Source: Verrucomicrobiia bacterium | Lineage (GTDB): Bacteria; Verrucomicrobiota; Verrucomicrobiia; Limisphaerales; UBA1319 | Assembly: GCA_963664225.1 (NCBI GenBank) | Contig: OY760937.1 | Span: forward strand, 4,800,001-4,864,000 | DNA: 64,000 bases | Direction: 5' to 3' | Position numbers and translations under genes: made by a program | Notes under the pieces: generated by a model | Told to the model about the DNA's origin: nothing | The model's database searches: none | The model's input: only the letters and a program-made list of their open reading frames with translations | In this document: in pieces, positions 56,794 to 64,000 of the stretch | How positions within the stretch are numbered: the first letter of the stretch is position 1 | How the letters are laid out: each line of letters starts with the position of its first letter

Positions 56794-57555
56794 GTGAGTC
56801 GTAGCGGTCGTCGGCGCCTGGATCAGGCCATGGTGGAACAGGGTTTGTGCGAGAGTCGTGAAAAGGCCAAAAGAGCGATCCTCGCGGGACAGGTGCGGGT
56901 GAATCAGCAGGTGGCCCGCAAACCCAGCGACAGTGTGAAATTGACTGATGTGGTCGTGCTGGAAGCCCTGGACCGCTATGTCAGCCGTGGCGGTCACAAA
57001 CTGGAAGGCGCATTACGCGGCTTCGAATTCAAAGTGGAAGGCATGACGGCGGTGGACATTGGAGCTTCCACTGGTGGTTTCACCGATTGCCTGTTGCAGC
57101 ATGGGGCCGTCAGGGTTTATGCGGTGGATGTGGGCACCGGACAACTGGCCTGGAAATTGCGACAGGACCCGCGGGTTGTTGTGATGGAGAAGACCAATGC
57201 GCGCGCGCTGCATGAGGGATCGTTTCCACCGCCTTTTGTACCGGTCGATCTGGTCGTGATCGATTGCTCGTTCATTTCCTTGCGACTATTGCTGCCTGCG
57301 GCTAAAAATATTTTGCGCGTGCATGGCACGATTCTTGCCCTCATTAAACCTCAATTCGAGGCCGGAAAGCTCGAGGTGGATCGGGGGCAGGGCGTGATAA
57401 GGGACCCGGATATTCACCGGCGGGTGATTGGGGAGCTTGAGGCTTTTGTTCGCGAACAGGGACACCTCGAATGGTTGGGCGTTGTGGAATCGCCCTTGCT
57501 GGGACCGGCGGGCAACAAAGAATTCTTGGTGAAAATTGAAAAAACTGGCGCATAA
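56794..57555 (+). CDS. tlyA: TlyA family rRNA 2'-O-methyltransferase
   Basis: S4 domain RLD...SREKA, YVSRGGHKL, DIGASTGGFTD, SFISL, LIKPQFE and GNKEF. Start GTG 56794 chosen; ATG 56698 possible. Confidence 0.93.
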   Translation: MSRSGRRRLDQAMVEQGLCESREKAKRAILAGQVRVNQQVARKPSDSVKLTDVVVLEALDRYVSRGGHKLEGALRGFEFKVEGMTAVDIGASTGGFTDCLLQHGAVRVYAVDVGTGQLAWKLRQDPRVVVMEKTNARALHEGSFPPPFVPVDLVVIDCSFISLRLLLPAAKNILRVHGTILALIKPQFEAGKLEVDRGQGVIRDPDIHRRVIGELEAFVREQGHLEWLGVVESPLLGPAGNKEFLVKIEKTGA

Positions 57556-58426
57556 AATCGAGCGGGTCGGGCTGATTGTCAATCCGGACAAGGCGGTGTG
57601 CCGTTCGGTGGTCAAGACCGCCTCAAATCTGATTGCCGATGGCGGGCGAAAGGTGATGGCGGACGAGGCTACGGCGCGGATGGCGAATCTTAAAACCGGC
57701 GTGGTCAGCGATGCCGCCGCATTGGCCCGTGAGGCGGACTTGCTGTTGGTTTTTGGCGGGGACGGTACGATGCTGCGCGTGGCCCGCGAGGTTGCGGGTG
57801 TGGACACCCCGATTCTGGGCATCAACATTGGAGGCCTGGGTTTCTTAACAGCAGTGCCATCCAGTCAATTGCAGGCGGCTCTGAGAATGGTCTGGGCTGG
57901 TGAATTTGAATTGGAATCGCGGCACTTGATATGCGCCATGGGAATGGCCCAGGGTGCGAATATCGACCAGGTGGCCCTGAACGATTTTGTGATCGGGCGC
58001 ATTGCCGCTTCCCGCATGATCGAGCTGGAAGTCCGCGTGGACGGTCTTGAACTGACCTGCTACCGTTGCGATGGATTGATTGTGAGTTCTCCCACCGGTT
58101 CCACGGCTTATTCGCTCTCGGCGGGTGGCGCCGTGGTGTGTCCCAACGCCGAGGTTCTGACCATTACCCCCATTTGCCCCCACACGTTGTCCAATCGCTC
58201 CGTGGTGGTGAGTCTTAATTCCCGCGTGCAAGTTAAGGCTATTAGTCATAGATTGGAGATGACATTGACCGCCGATGGTCAGGTCCAGACATCGTTGTGC
58301 GCGGGGGATGAGATAACGATCGGGCGCAGTCCCAGGGCAGTGAGCCTGATGCACCTTGCGGGAAGCTCTTTTTTTGCGACATTGCGGCAGAAGCTGAACT
58401 GGAGCGGTTCCAGTTTGCATGTATGA
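57536..58426 (+). CDS. nadK: NAD kinase
   Basis: GGDGTML, GLGFL, ALND, DGLIVSSPTGSTAYSLSAGG and PICPH. Confidence 0.96.
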   Translation: MKKLAHKIERVGLIVNPDKAVCRSVVKTASNLIADGGRKVMADEATARMANLKTGVVSDAAALAREADLLLVFGGDGTMLRVAREVAGVDTPILGINIGGLGFLTAVPSSQLQAALRMVWAGEFELESRHLICAMGMAQGANIDQVALNDFVIGRIAASRMIELEVRVDGLELTCYRCDGLIVSSPTGSTAYSLSAGGAVVCPNAEVLTITPICPHTLSNRSVVVSLNSRVQVKAISHRLEMTLTADGQVQTSLCAGDEITIGRSPRAVSLMHLAGSSFFATLRQKLNWSGSSLHV

Positions 58427-59451
58427 TTCGACTTAAAGATATAGCTGAAAAGGCGGGCGTCTCGGTAATGACGGTTTCCAAAGTACTGCGAGACGCGCCG
58501 GATATTGCCGCGGGCACGAAGGCCCGCATTCGTTTGCTGGCCACCCAGATGGGCTATGTGCCCGACACGATGGCGCAGGGTTTGCGTACGCGCAAAACCA
58601 AGCTGTTGGGGTTGGTTTATTCCGCCATCACCAATCCAGTCTTTCCACGTATTCAACTCGCGGTGGAGGATTGCGCCTTGCAGGCTGGTTACGATCTGGC
58701 CATCGGTCACTCCCTCAACGATCCTCAGCGTGAGGCGATGATCATTCATCGCATGATGTCCCGGCGCGTCGATGGTCTGATCCTCTCGCCATATTACCGG
58801 ATGGCCGATTCAGTTCCAATCTTCGATGAATTGCTCGCAAGCGCCATTCCCACGGTCATTATCGGACAACGTCGCAATTTTTGCAGCCAGTTTCCAAACG
58901 TGGAAATCGACGATTTGCAGGGCGGCCTCCTGGCCATGCGGCATTTGATTGGATTGGGTCACCGGCGAATCGCGTTTTTTGCCGGAATGAGTGTGGTTCC
59001 CTCGTCGCAGGAGCGATTGGAAGGGTATCACAGGGCGTTGCGTGAGGCCCAGATTGAGCCGGACGACCGGCTCGTTTTCAACGCCGGCGGCACCATTGAG
59101 GAAGGTCGGAAGGCAGCCGAACAATTCCTCGCTGAAGCCCCGGGCGCCACGGCGGTATTGGCCGTCAACGATTTGGTTGCCATGGGAGCGGGCACCCTGT
59201 TTTTAGAAAGAGGATTGAAAATTCCCGAAGATATCTCGCTCGTCGGATTTGGAAATGTGCTGGCCAGCGAATATTTTCGAGTGCCGTTGACCACTCTTTC
59301 CCAACCCAAGCACCGGGTCGGCTGTGCCGCTGTTGAGTCCCTGATGCAGTTGATCCGTGGGGAAAAACCCGAAACCCGGCGTTTGCCCATGGAATTAACG
59401 GTGAGATCCAGCACCGCACCACCGAAACCTGCGTCAGCTCCCGCTAATTAA
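58423..59451 (+). CDS. LacI family transcriptional regulator
   Basis: LKDIAEKAGVSVMTVSKVL HTH, GYVP...AQGL, sugar-binding core and IPEDISLVGF. Confidence 0.95.
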   Translation: MIRLKDIAEKAGVSVMTVSKVLRDAPDIAAGTKARIRLLATQMGYVPDTMAQGLRTRKTKLLGLVYSAITNPVFPRIQLAVEDCALQAGYDLAIGHSLNDPQREAMIIHRMMSRRVDGLILSPYYRMADSVPIFDELLASAIPTVIIGQRRNFCSQFPNVEIDDLQGGLLAMRHLIGLGHRRIAFFAGMSVVPSSQERLEGYHRALREAQIEPDDRLVFNAGGTIEEGRKAAEQFLAEAPGATAVLAVNDLVAMGAGTLFLERGLKIPEDISLVGFGNVLASEYFRVPLTTLSQPKHRVGCAAVESLMQLIRGEKPETRRLPMELTVRSSTAPPKPASAPAN

Positions 59452-59498
59452 AGGTGCCGCGCGCGCGCTATGTGAACCAAAATTCAGTTCTCCACCGC

Positions 59499-59526
59499 TT
59501 GTATTTTACACTCGCGGCGGTATGAT
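59499..59526 (+). promoter_or_regulatory. Putative sigma70 promoter, leaderless geometry
   Basis: TTGTAT-N16-TATGAT-N6-ATG(59533). Confidence 0.55.
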
Positions 59527-59532
59527 CCGCCC

Positions 59533-60003
59533 ATGCGTTGGCTCAAAACGATCTTGATATTAGTGTGTTTGTCCCTGGGTGTGGCGCTGTCACAGGCGGC
59601 CACGGAGGGTAAAGTCATCAAGGTGCTACCACACTTTTTGGACCTTGAAGGACGGCACACCCTGAATCCCAGTTTATATGAGCGGGACGCGTATCAGGCG
59701 CATTTGAGAAAAACTCCCGCGGAACAGTCCGGAATCCGCTACGACATCCAATGGCGCGCTCGCGGAATGAAAGACCGCAACGTCCTTCTACGCCTGGAAG
59801 TCCATGCCGGCAAAGGCAACTCCGCCAAACCGATCGTCGTCGAAAAATCGCTCAAACCGCGAACTCGATTCAGCCGCTGGTCGGCGCTACAGATCGACGG
59901 CGCGCAGTATAAAAACATGGGAGCCATCATTTCCTGGCGCGTGACTCTTTGGGACGATGGTCACATGATTGGCGAGCAACGCTCCTTCATGTGGCAGGAA
60001 TAA
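59533..60003 (+). CDS. Secreted hypothetical protein (156 aa)
   Basis: Signal peptide MRWLKTILILVCLSLGVALSQA; beta-rich; no family recognised. Confidence 0.75.
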   Translation: MRWLKTILILVCLSLGVALSQAATEGKVIKVLPHFLDLEGRHTLNPSLYERDAYQAHLRKTPAEQSGIRYDIQWRARGMKDRNVLLRLEVHAGKGNSAKPIVVEKSLKPRTRFSRWSALQIDGAQYKNMGAIISWRVTLWDDGHMIGEQRSFMWQE

Positions 60004-60026
60004 CCAACGGCGCGGTTAAATAATAA

Positions 60027-61385
60027 TCACCACGATTTCTCGATTTCCTCAAGCGTGCGACCTTTGGTTTCCGGCACAAAGAAGACCGTGAATACGATGG
60101 TGAGCGCGCACATGGCTGAATAGATCCAGAAGGTTTTCGCGCTGCCCAGCGTCTCGACCATCACCAGAAACGTCTGAGAGACCAGGTAACACGCTCCCCA
60201 GAGTGTTACAATCGCGAAAGACATGGCGCGTCCGCGTGTGCGAGTGGGAAAGATTTCCGCGATCATCACCCAAACCACCACGCCCATGGAAACCGAGAAG
60301 CTGCCGACATAAGCCATGATCAATCCCAATAGCACGATGCCGTGAACACCCGTGTGAAAGGCGTATCCGACGAGCAGCAGTGCAATGCCCATGCTCGCGC
60401 TGCCCCAGATCAACAATGGTTTGCGCCCAAATCGATCCACCAGGGTCATTGAAATCAGCGTGAAAATAACGTTATTCAAGCCGATCCACACCGTATCGTT
60501 GAAGGCTGCCGCGGCGCCGGAACCGGCCTGCTTGAAGATTTCGGGCGCGAAATACATGATCGCGTTGATGCCGGTGATTTGCTGAAAAACCGCGAGCAGC
60601 ACGCCTATGACCATGGCTTTGCGAAGACCCGGTTTGAAGAGTTCGCCGATGGTACCTTCCTCCTGGTTGATGGCCTCGGTTATTTGGGTCATCTCACGGC
60701 TTGCCTCAACGTCTCCGACAATCCGAACCAGGATGCCTTTGGCTTTTTCGGCCTGGCCATTCTGCGTCAGCCAGCGGGGGCTTTCAGGCACCGGCAGCAA
60801 CAGCACCCAGAAAACCAGGGCTGGCAGCGCGCCAATCCCGAACATCCAACGCCATTTTACGGGATCGCTCAAGGCGGTGTTCAGCACCAGGCTGTTCGTG
60901 AAAAACGCGGCCAATATGCCGGTGACAATGGCCAACTGTTGCAAAGCCACCAGGCGTCCCCGAATTTTCGGCGGTGAGATTTCAGCAATATAAAGGGGTG
61001 AAAGGATTGAGGCGATTCCGATGCCGACGCCGCCAAGCAGTCGCGCCGAAACAAGTTCGGCGACGGTGCGAGAGAGTCCGCAGCCAATGGCTGAGAGCGT
61101 GAAGCAGATGGCTGAGAGGATGAGGATCTTCTTGCGGCCATAACGATCGCTTAGCACGCCGGCCCCGGCCGCTCCGATCATGCACCCCACCAGCGCCGAA
61201 CTCGCCACCCAACCCGTCATGGCCGCCGAGAGATCGAATTCCTTGCGGAAGAATCCGACTGTTCCAGAGATCACGGCCGTATCAAAGCCAAAGAGCAAAC
61301 CACCCGTGGCGGCCACCAGGCTGATCAGGATGAGAAACAACAGACTGCCTGTCGCTGTTTTGGATTCCAATGTGGCGGTCGTCAT
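60027..61385 (-). CDS. Sugar porter family MFS transporter
   Basis: GGLLFGFDTAVISG, DRYGRK, YIAEISP, PESPRWL, QQITGIN, AEIFP and PETKG. Confidence 0.95.
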   Translation of the reverse strand: MTTATLESKTATGSLLFLILISLVAATGGLLFGFDTAVISGTVGFFRKEFDLSAAMTGWVASSALVGCMIGAAGAGVLSDRYGRKKILILSAICFTLSAIGCGLSRTVAELVSARLLGGVGIGIASILSPLYIAEISPPKIRGRLVALQQLAIVTGILAAFFTNSLVLNTALSDPVKWRWMFGIGALPALVFWVLLLPVPESPRWLTQNGQAEKAKGILVRIVGDVEASREMTQITEAINQEEGTIGELFKPGLRKAMVIGVLLAVFQQITGINAIMYFAPEIFKQAGSGAAAAFNDTVWIGLNNVIFTLISMTLVDRFGRKPLLIWGSASMGIALLLVGYAFHTGVHGIVLLGLIMAYVGSFSVSMGVVVWVMIAEIFPTRTRGRAMSFAIVTLWGACYLVSQTFLVMVETLGSAKTFWIYSAMCALTIVFTVFFVPETKGRTLEEIEKSW

Positions 61386-61426
61386 AATGTCCTGTGTGGT
61401 TTTAAACTGAATCGGTCTTTTGGAAC

Positions 61427-62314
61427 TTAGGGTTTGGCGTCCATGAATCCCTGAACTTTGAGCCAGTAAAGGCAATCCGCCGTCCAGGGATGTCCGTTGC
61501 CCAGGCCCATTCCGTGACCGCCTTTTTGATAGATGTGGAGGTCAAACGGAACCCCGGCCTTTCGCATGGCGCTGGCAAAATCCAGGCTGTTTTCCACTTT
61601 AACGGCGTCATCCTCCCAGGTATGCCAGATGAAGCAGGGGGGCGTGGACGCGGTGACCTGCTTTTCGTTGGAGAGCAGTTCGATGTCCGCAGCCGAAGGA
61701 GTTTTGCCAAGCAGGTTCTCGCGTGACCCGAAATGGGTATTGGGCCCCATGCTGATCACCGCATAGCAAAGAATGCCCAGGTCAGGACGGGAGCTTTCCC
61801 GATCGATGGGATCTATGGCGGCAGAATCGCCCGCATCGAAATGAGTCAGGAGGGTGGAGGCCAGGTGGCCGCCTGCCGAGGAACCCATGATGCCGATGCG
61901 TTTCGGATCGATTTTCCAGTTCGCGGCGTTGTGGCGGACCATGCGAACGGCCCGGGCGGCGTCCTGGAGCATGACCGGATGTCGGTAGCCTGCGGAGCCT
62001 AATCGGTATTTGAGCACGAAACCGGTGATGCCGTTTTGATTGAGCCAGACAGCGTAGCCTTCGCCTTCATGCCCGGCCAGACCGCCGTAACCCCCGCCAG
62101 GGCAGATGACGATGGACGCACCGGTGGACTTGGTGGGATCGGGCCGATAGACCGTGAGCGTGGGAATATCCCTGGCGTCAGTCCCCAGCGCGCCCGGGGC
62201 TTTATCCGGCCAAAGAGGTTGGGGTTGTTCTGTTTCCGCGAAAATTGTTGTCGCCGCCATGAACATGGCACAACCCATGCCGGCAAGTCCGGCAAGCAAT
62301 ACGAGGTGTTTCAT
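61427..62314 (-). CDS. Secreted alpha/beta hydrolase (acetylxylan/feruloyl esterase-like)
   Basis: Signal peptide; ICPGGGY, GSSAGGHLA nucleophile elbow, WEDDAV and GGHG. Confidence 0.88.
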   Translation of the reverse strand: MKHLVLLAGLAGMGCAMFMAATTIFAETEQPQPLWPDKAPGALGTDARDIPTLTVYRPDPTKSTGASIVICPGGGYGGLAGHEGEGYAVWLNQNGITGFVLKYRLGSAGYRHPVMLQDAARAVRMVRHNAANWKIDPKRIGIMGSSAGGHLASTLLTHFDAGDSAAIDPIDRESSRPDLGILCYAVISMGPNTHFGSRENLLGKTPSAADIELLSNEKQVTASTPPCFIWHTWEDDAVKVENSLDFASAMRKAGVPFDLHIYQKGGHGMGLGNGHPWTADCLYWLKVQGFMDAKP

Positions 62315-62321
62315 GGCCCGA

Positions 62322-62349
62322 AGTGTAACTTGACGGCCAAAAAGATCAA
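62322..62349 (-). promoter_or_regulatory. Putative sigma70 promoter, leaderless geometry (alpha/beta hydrolase)
   Basis: Minus strand TTGATC-N16-TACACT-N7-ATG(62314). Confidence 0.5.
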
Positions 62350-62458
62350 CGCCACTTTCTATTTGCGTTCCCGGCGCTTCTGCCCTACGGTTCAAGTCAA
62401 TGATTTTTAGCGTCACGACTACAAGCTTTGAGTAGGCTAAGCGGCCATTTGGACCGCC

Positions 62459-62484
62459 AACGCCTCGACGTCGTTCGAGGCGTT
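62459..62484 (+). promoter_or_regulatory. Hairpin in the thrS leader; candidate anticodon-mimic operator
   Basis: Perfect 10-bp stem AACGCCTCGA/TCGAGGCGTT with loop CGTCGT, ending 31 nt before the ATG. Confidence 0.45.
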
Positions 62485-62515
62485 TCGCATTTGTGGCAGG
62501 CGCATTTGAAAACTT

Positions 62516-64000
62516 ATGTCAGAACCAGCAAAACAACCCGTTGAACGCAAGAGTCTGGACGATCGCAACCGGATGACCGAATTGGAGCGGCTGCGGCATT
62601 CCTCCGCCCATATCATGGCGGCCGCTGTGTTGCGGCTGTGGCCTGAAGCCATGCTGGATATCGGACCGCCGACGGAGGAGGGTTTTTATTATGACTTTGA
62701 CCTCCCTAACCATCGTTTCACGCCCGAGGATTTTCCCGCGATCGAAGCGGAGATGAAGAAGATCACGAAGGAAAACCACGTCTTTGAGAAGTCGCTCAAG
62801 ACCCGTGAGGAAGCCCTGGCCTGGTTCCAATCCCACAACCAGAAGTTCAAGGTTGAGCGGTTGGGGGACATTCCCGAAGGCGAGGCGATCTCTTTTTTTC
62901 AAAGCGGTGAGTTTACCGATTTGTGCGCAGGACCGCACGTCATGCGCACCGGAAACGTGAAAGCCTTCAAGCTTTTGCGCGTGGCCTCGGCCTATTACCG
63001 TGGCAACGAAAAGAATCCGCAATTGCAGCGGCTTTACGGAACCGCTTTTCCGAACAAAATCGAACTCGAGGCCTGGCTGGTGGCGCAGGAGGAGGCCAAA
63101 AAGCGCGATCACCGCAAGATCGGACGGGAGATGGAGCTGTTCACCTTCGATGAAGATGTGGGACCAGGGTTGCCGCTTTGGATGCCCAACGGGACCGTGT
63201 TGATCGAGGAGTTGGAAAAACTCGCCAAAGAGACTGAATTTGCGGCTGGTTATGTCCGGGTGCGGACACCCCATCTGGCGCGTGAATCCATGTATAAACT
63301 ATCCGGCCACCTTCCTTATTATGCCGACAGCATGTTTCCACCCATGGAGATGGCGGAAACGGCGGAGGGTGTGGATCTGACCCAGAAAAAAGAGCGCTAC
63401 TATCTCAAGGCGATGAACTGTCCGCATCACCACAAGATATTTTCCGCAGTGCCTCGCAGTTACCGGGATTTGCCGTTGCGCCTGGCTGAATACGGGACCT
63501 GCTACCGCTACGAACAATCGGGCGAGTTGATGGGCTTAATGCGGGTGCGCTCGATGCAGATGAATGACGCACATATCTATTGCACACCGGAACAGTTCGC
63601 CGACGAATTCCGCGCCGTGAACGACATGTATTTGAAGTATTTCAAAATCTTCGGCCTGGGAAAATATCTGATGCGCTTCAGCACGCACGATCCCGCACGG
63701 CTCGGACAGAAGTTTGTCAACGAGCCGGAGCTGTGGAAACAGACCGAGGACATGGTCCGTCGCGTGTTGCAGGAATCGGGAATTGAATATATCGAGGTGC
63801 CCAACGAAGCCGCATTTTACGGACCGAAGATCGACGTCCAAGTTTGGAGCGTGGCGGGTCGGGAGTTCACCATTGCCACCAACCAGGTCGATTTCGCCGT
63901 GCCGCGCCGCTTCGGTCTGGTTTACACCACACGCGAAAACAAGGATGCCACGCCGTTGTGCATCCATCGCGCCCCCCTGGGCACCCACGAGCGTTTCATC
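62516..64000 (+). CDS. thrS: Threonine--tRNA ligase, 3' truncated by window edge
   Basis: Not in the ORF track (no stop in window). Reads LRHSSAH, GFYYDF, DLCAGPH, RDHRKIG, KAMNCPHH, SYRDLP, AAFYGPK, IHRAPLG. Confidence 0.97.
   Translation, partial: MSEPAKQPVERKSLDDRNRMTELERLRHSSAHIMAAAVLRLWPEAMLDIGPPTEEGFYYDFDLPNHRFTPEDFPAIEAEMKKITKENHVFEKSLKTREEALAWFQSHNQKFKVERLGDIPEGEAISFFQSGEFTDLCAGPHVMRTGNVKAFKLLRVASAYYRGNEKNPQLQRLYGTAFPNKIELEAWLVAQEEAKKRDHRKIGREMELFTFDEDVGPGLPLWMPNGTVLIEELEKLAKETEFAAGYVRVRTPHLARESMYKLSGHLPYYADSMFPPMEMAETAEGVDLTQKKERYYLKAMNCPHHHKIFSAVPRSYRDLPLRLAEYGTCYRYEQSGELMGLMRVRSMQMNDAHIYCTPEQFADEFRAVNDMYLKYFKIFGLGKYLMRFSTHDPARLGQKFVNEPELWKQTEDMVRRVLQESGIEYIEVPNEAAFYGPKIDVQVWSVAGREFTIATNQVDFAVPRRFGLVYTTRENKDATPLCIHRAPLGTHERFI

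Noticed and set aside
1..64000. CRISPR arrays, tRNA/rRNA genes, transposases, prophage
   Set aside because: No regularly spaced repeats, cloverleaf or rRNA signatures, or mobile-element proteins seen; intergenic gaps are short.

Overview
GC-rich bacterial chromosome window, densely coding, with about 57 CDS. I recognise no rRNA, tRNA, CRISPR array, prophage or IS element. The gene content (many Tat-exported Gfo/Idh/MocA oxidoreductases, DUF1080, PQQ-like propeller, SGNH esterases, lpxA, class II DAHP synthase, weak Shine-Dalgarno use) suggests a Gram-negative polysaccharide degrader, most likely Verrucomicrobiota; this is inference. Main blocks: pdxJ-acpS; DICT sensor plus GST; a plsY-like acyltransferase followed by a GNAT/class-V aminotransferase fusion; lpxA and radC; a GltD-like flavoprotein; the hybOABCD [NiFe]-hydrogenase operon; der; paaK-eda; a Tat-exported PaoABC-like molybdoenzyme with an extra 66-aa Cys-rich ORF; tandem gmd; ppk2; emrAB; a 1358-aa GH99-like/SGNH multidomain enzyme; tlyA-nadK-lacI; a sugar porter; and thrS (cut by the window end). 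The best candidate for an undescribed system is the plsY-like plus N-acyltransferase/aminotransferase pair, which could make an N,O-diacyl-serinol (ceramide-like) membrane lipid. Other notable signals: a recurrent leaderless promoter geometry (-10 box 6-7 nt before the start codon), a tRNA-Thr anticodon-like hairpin before thrS, and an EmrA with a second, C-terminal membrane anchor. All calls come from reading motifs by eye; no database searches were run.
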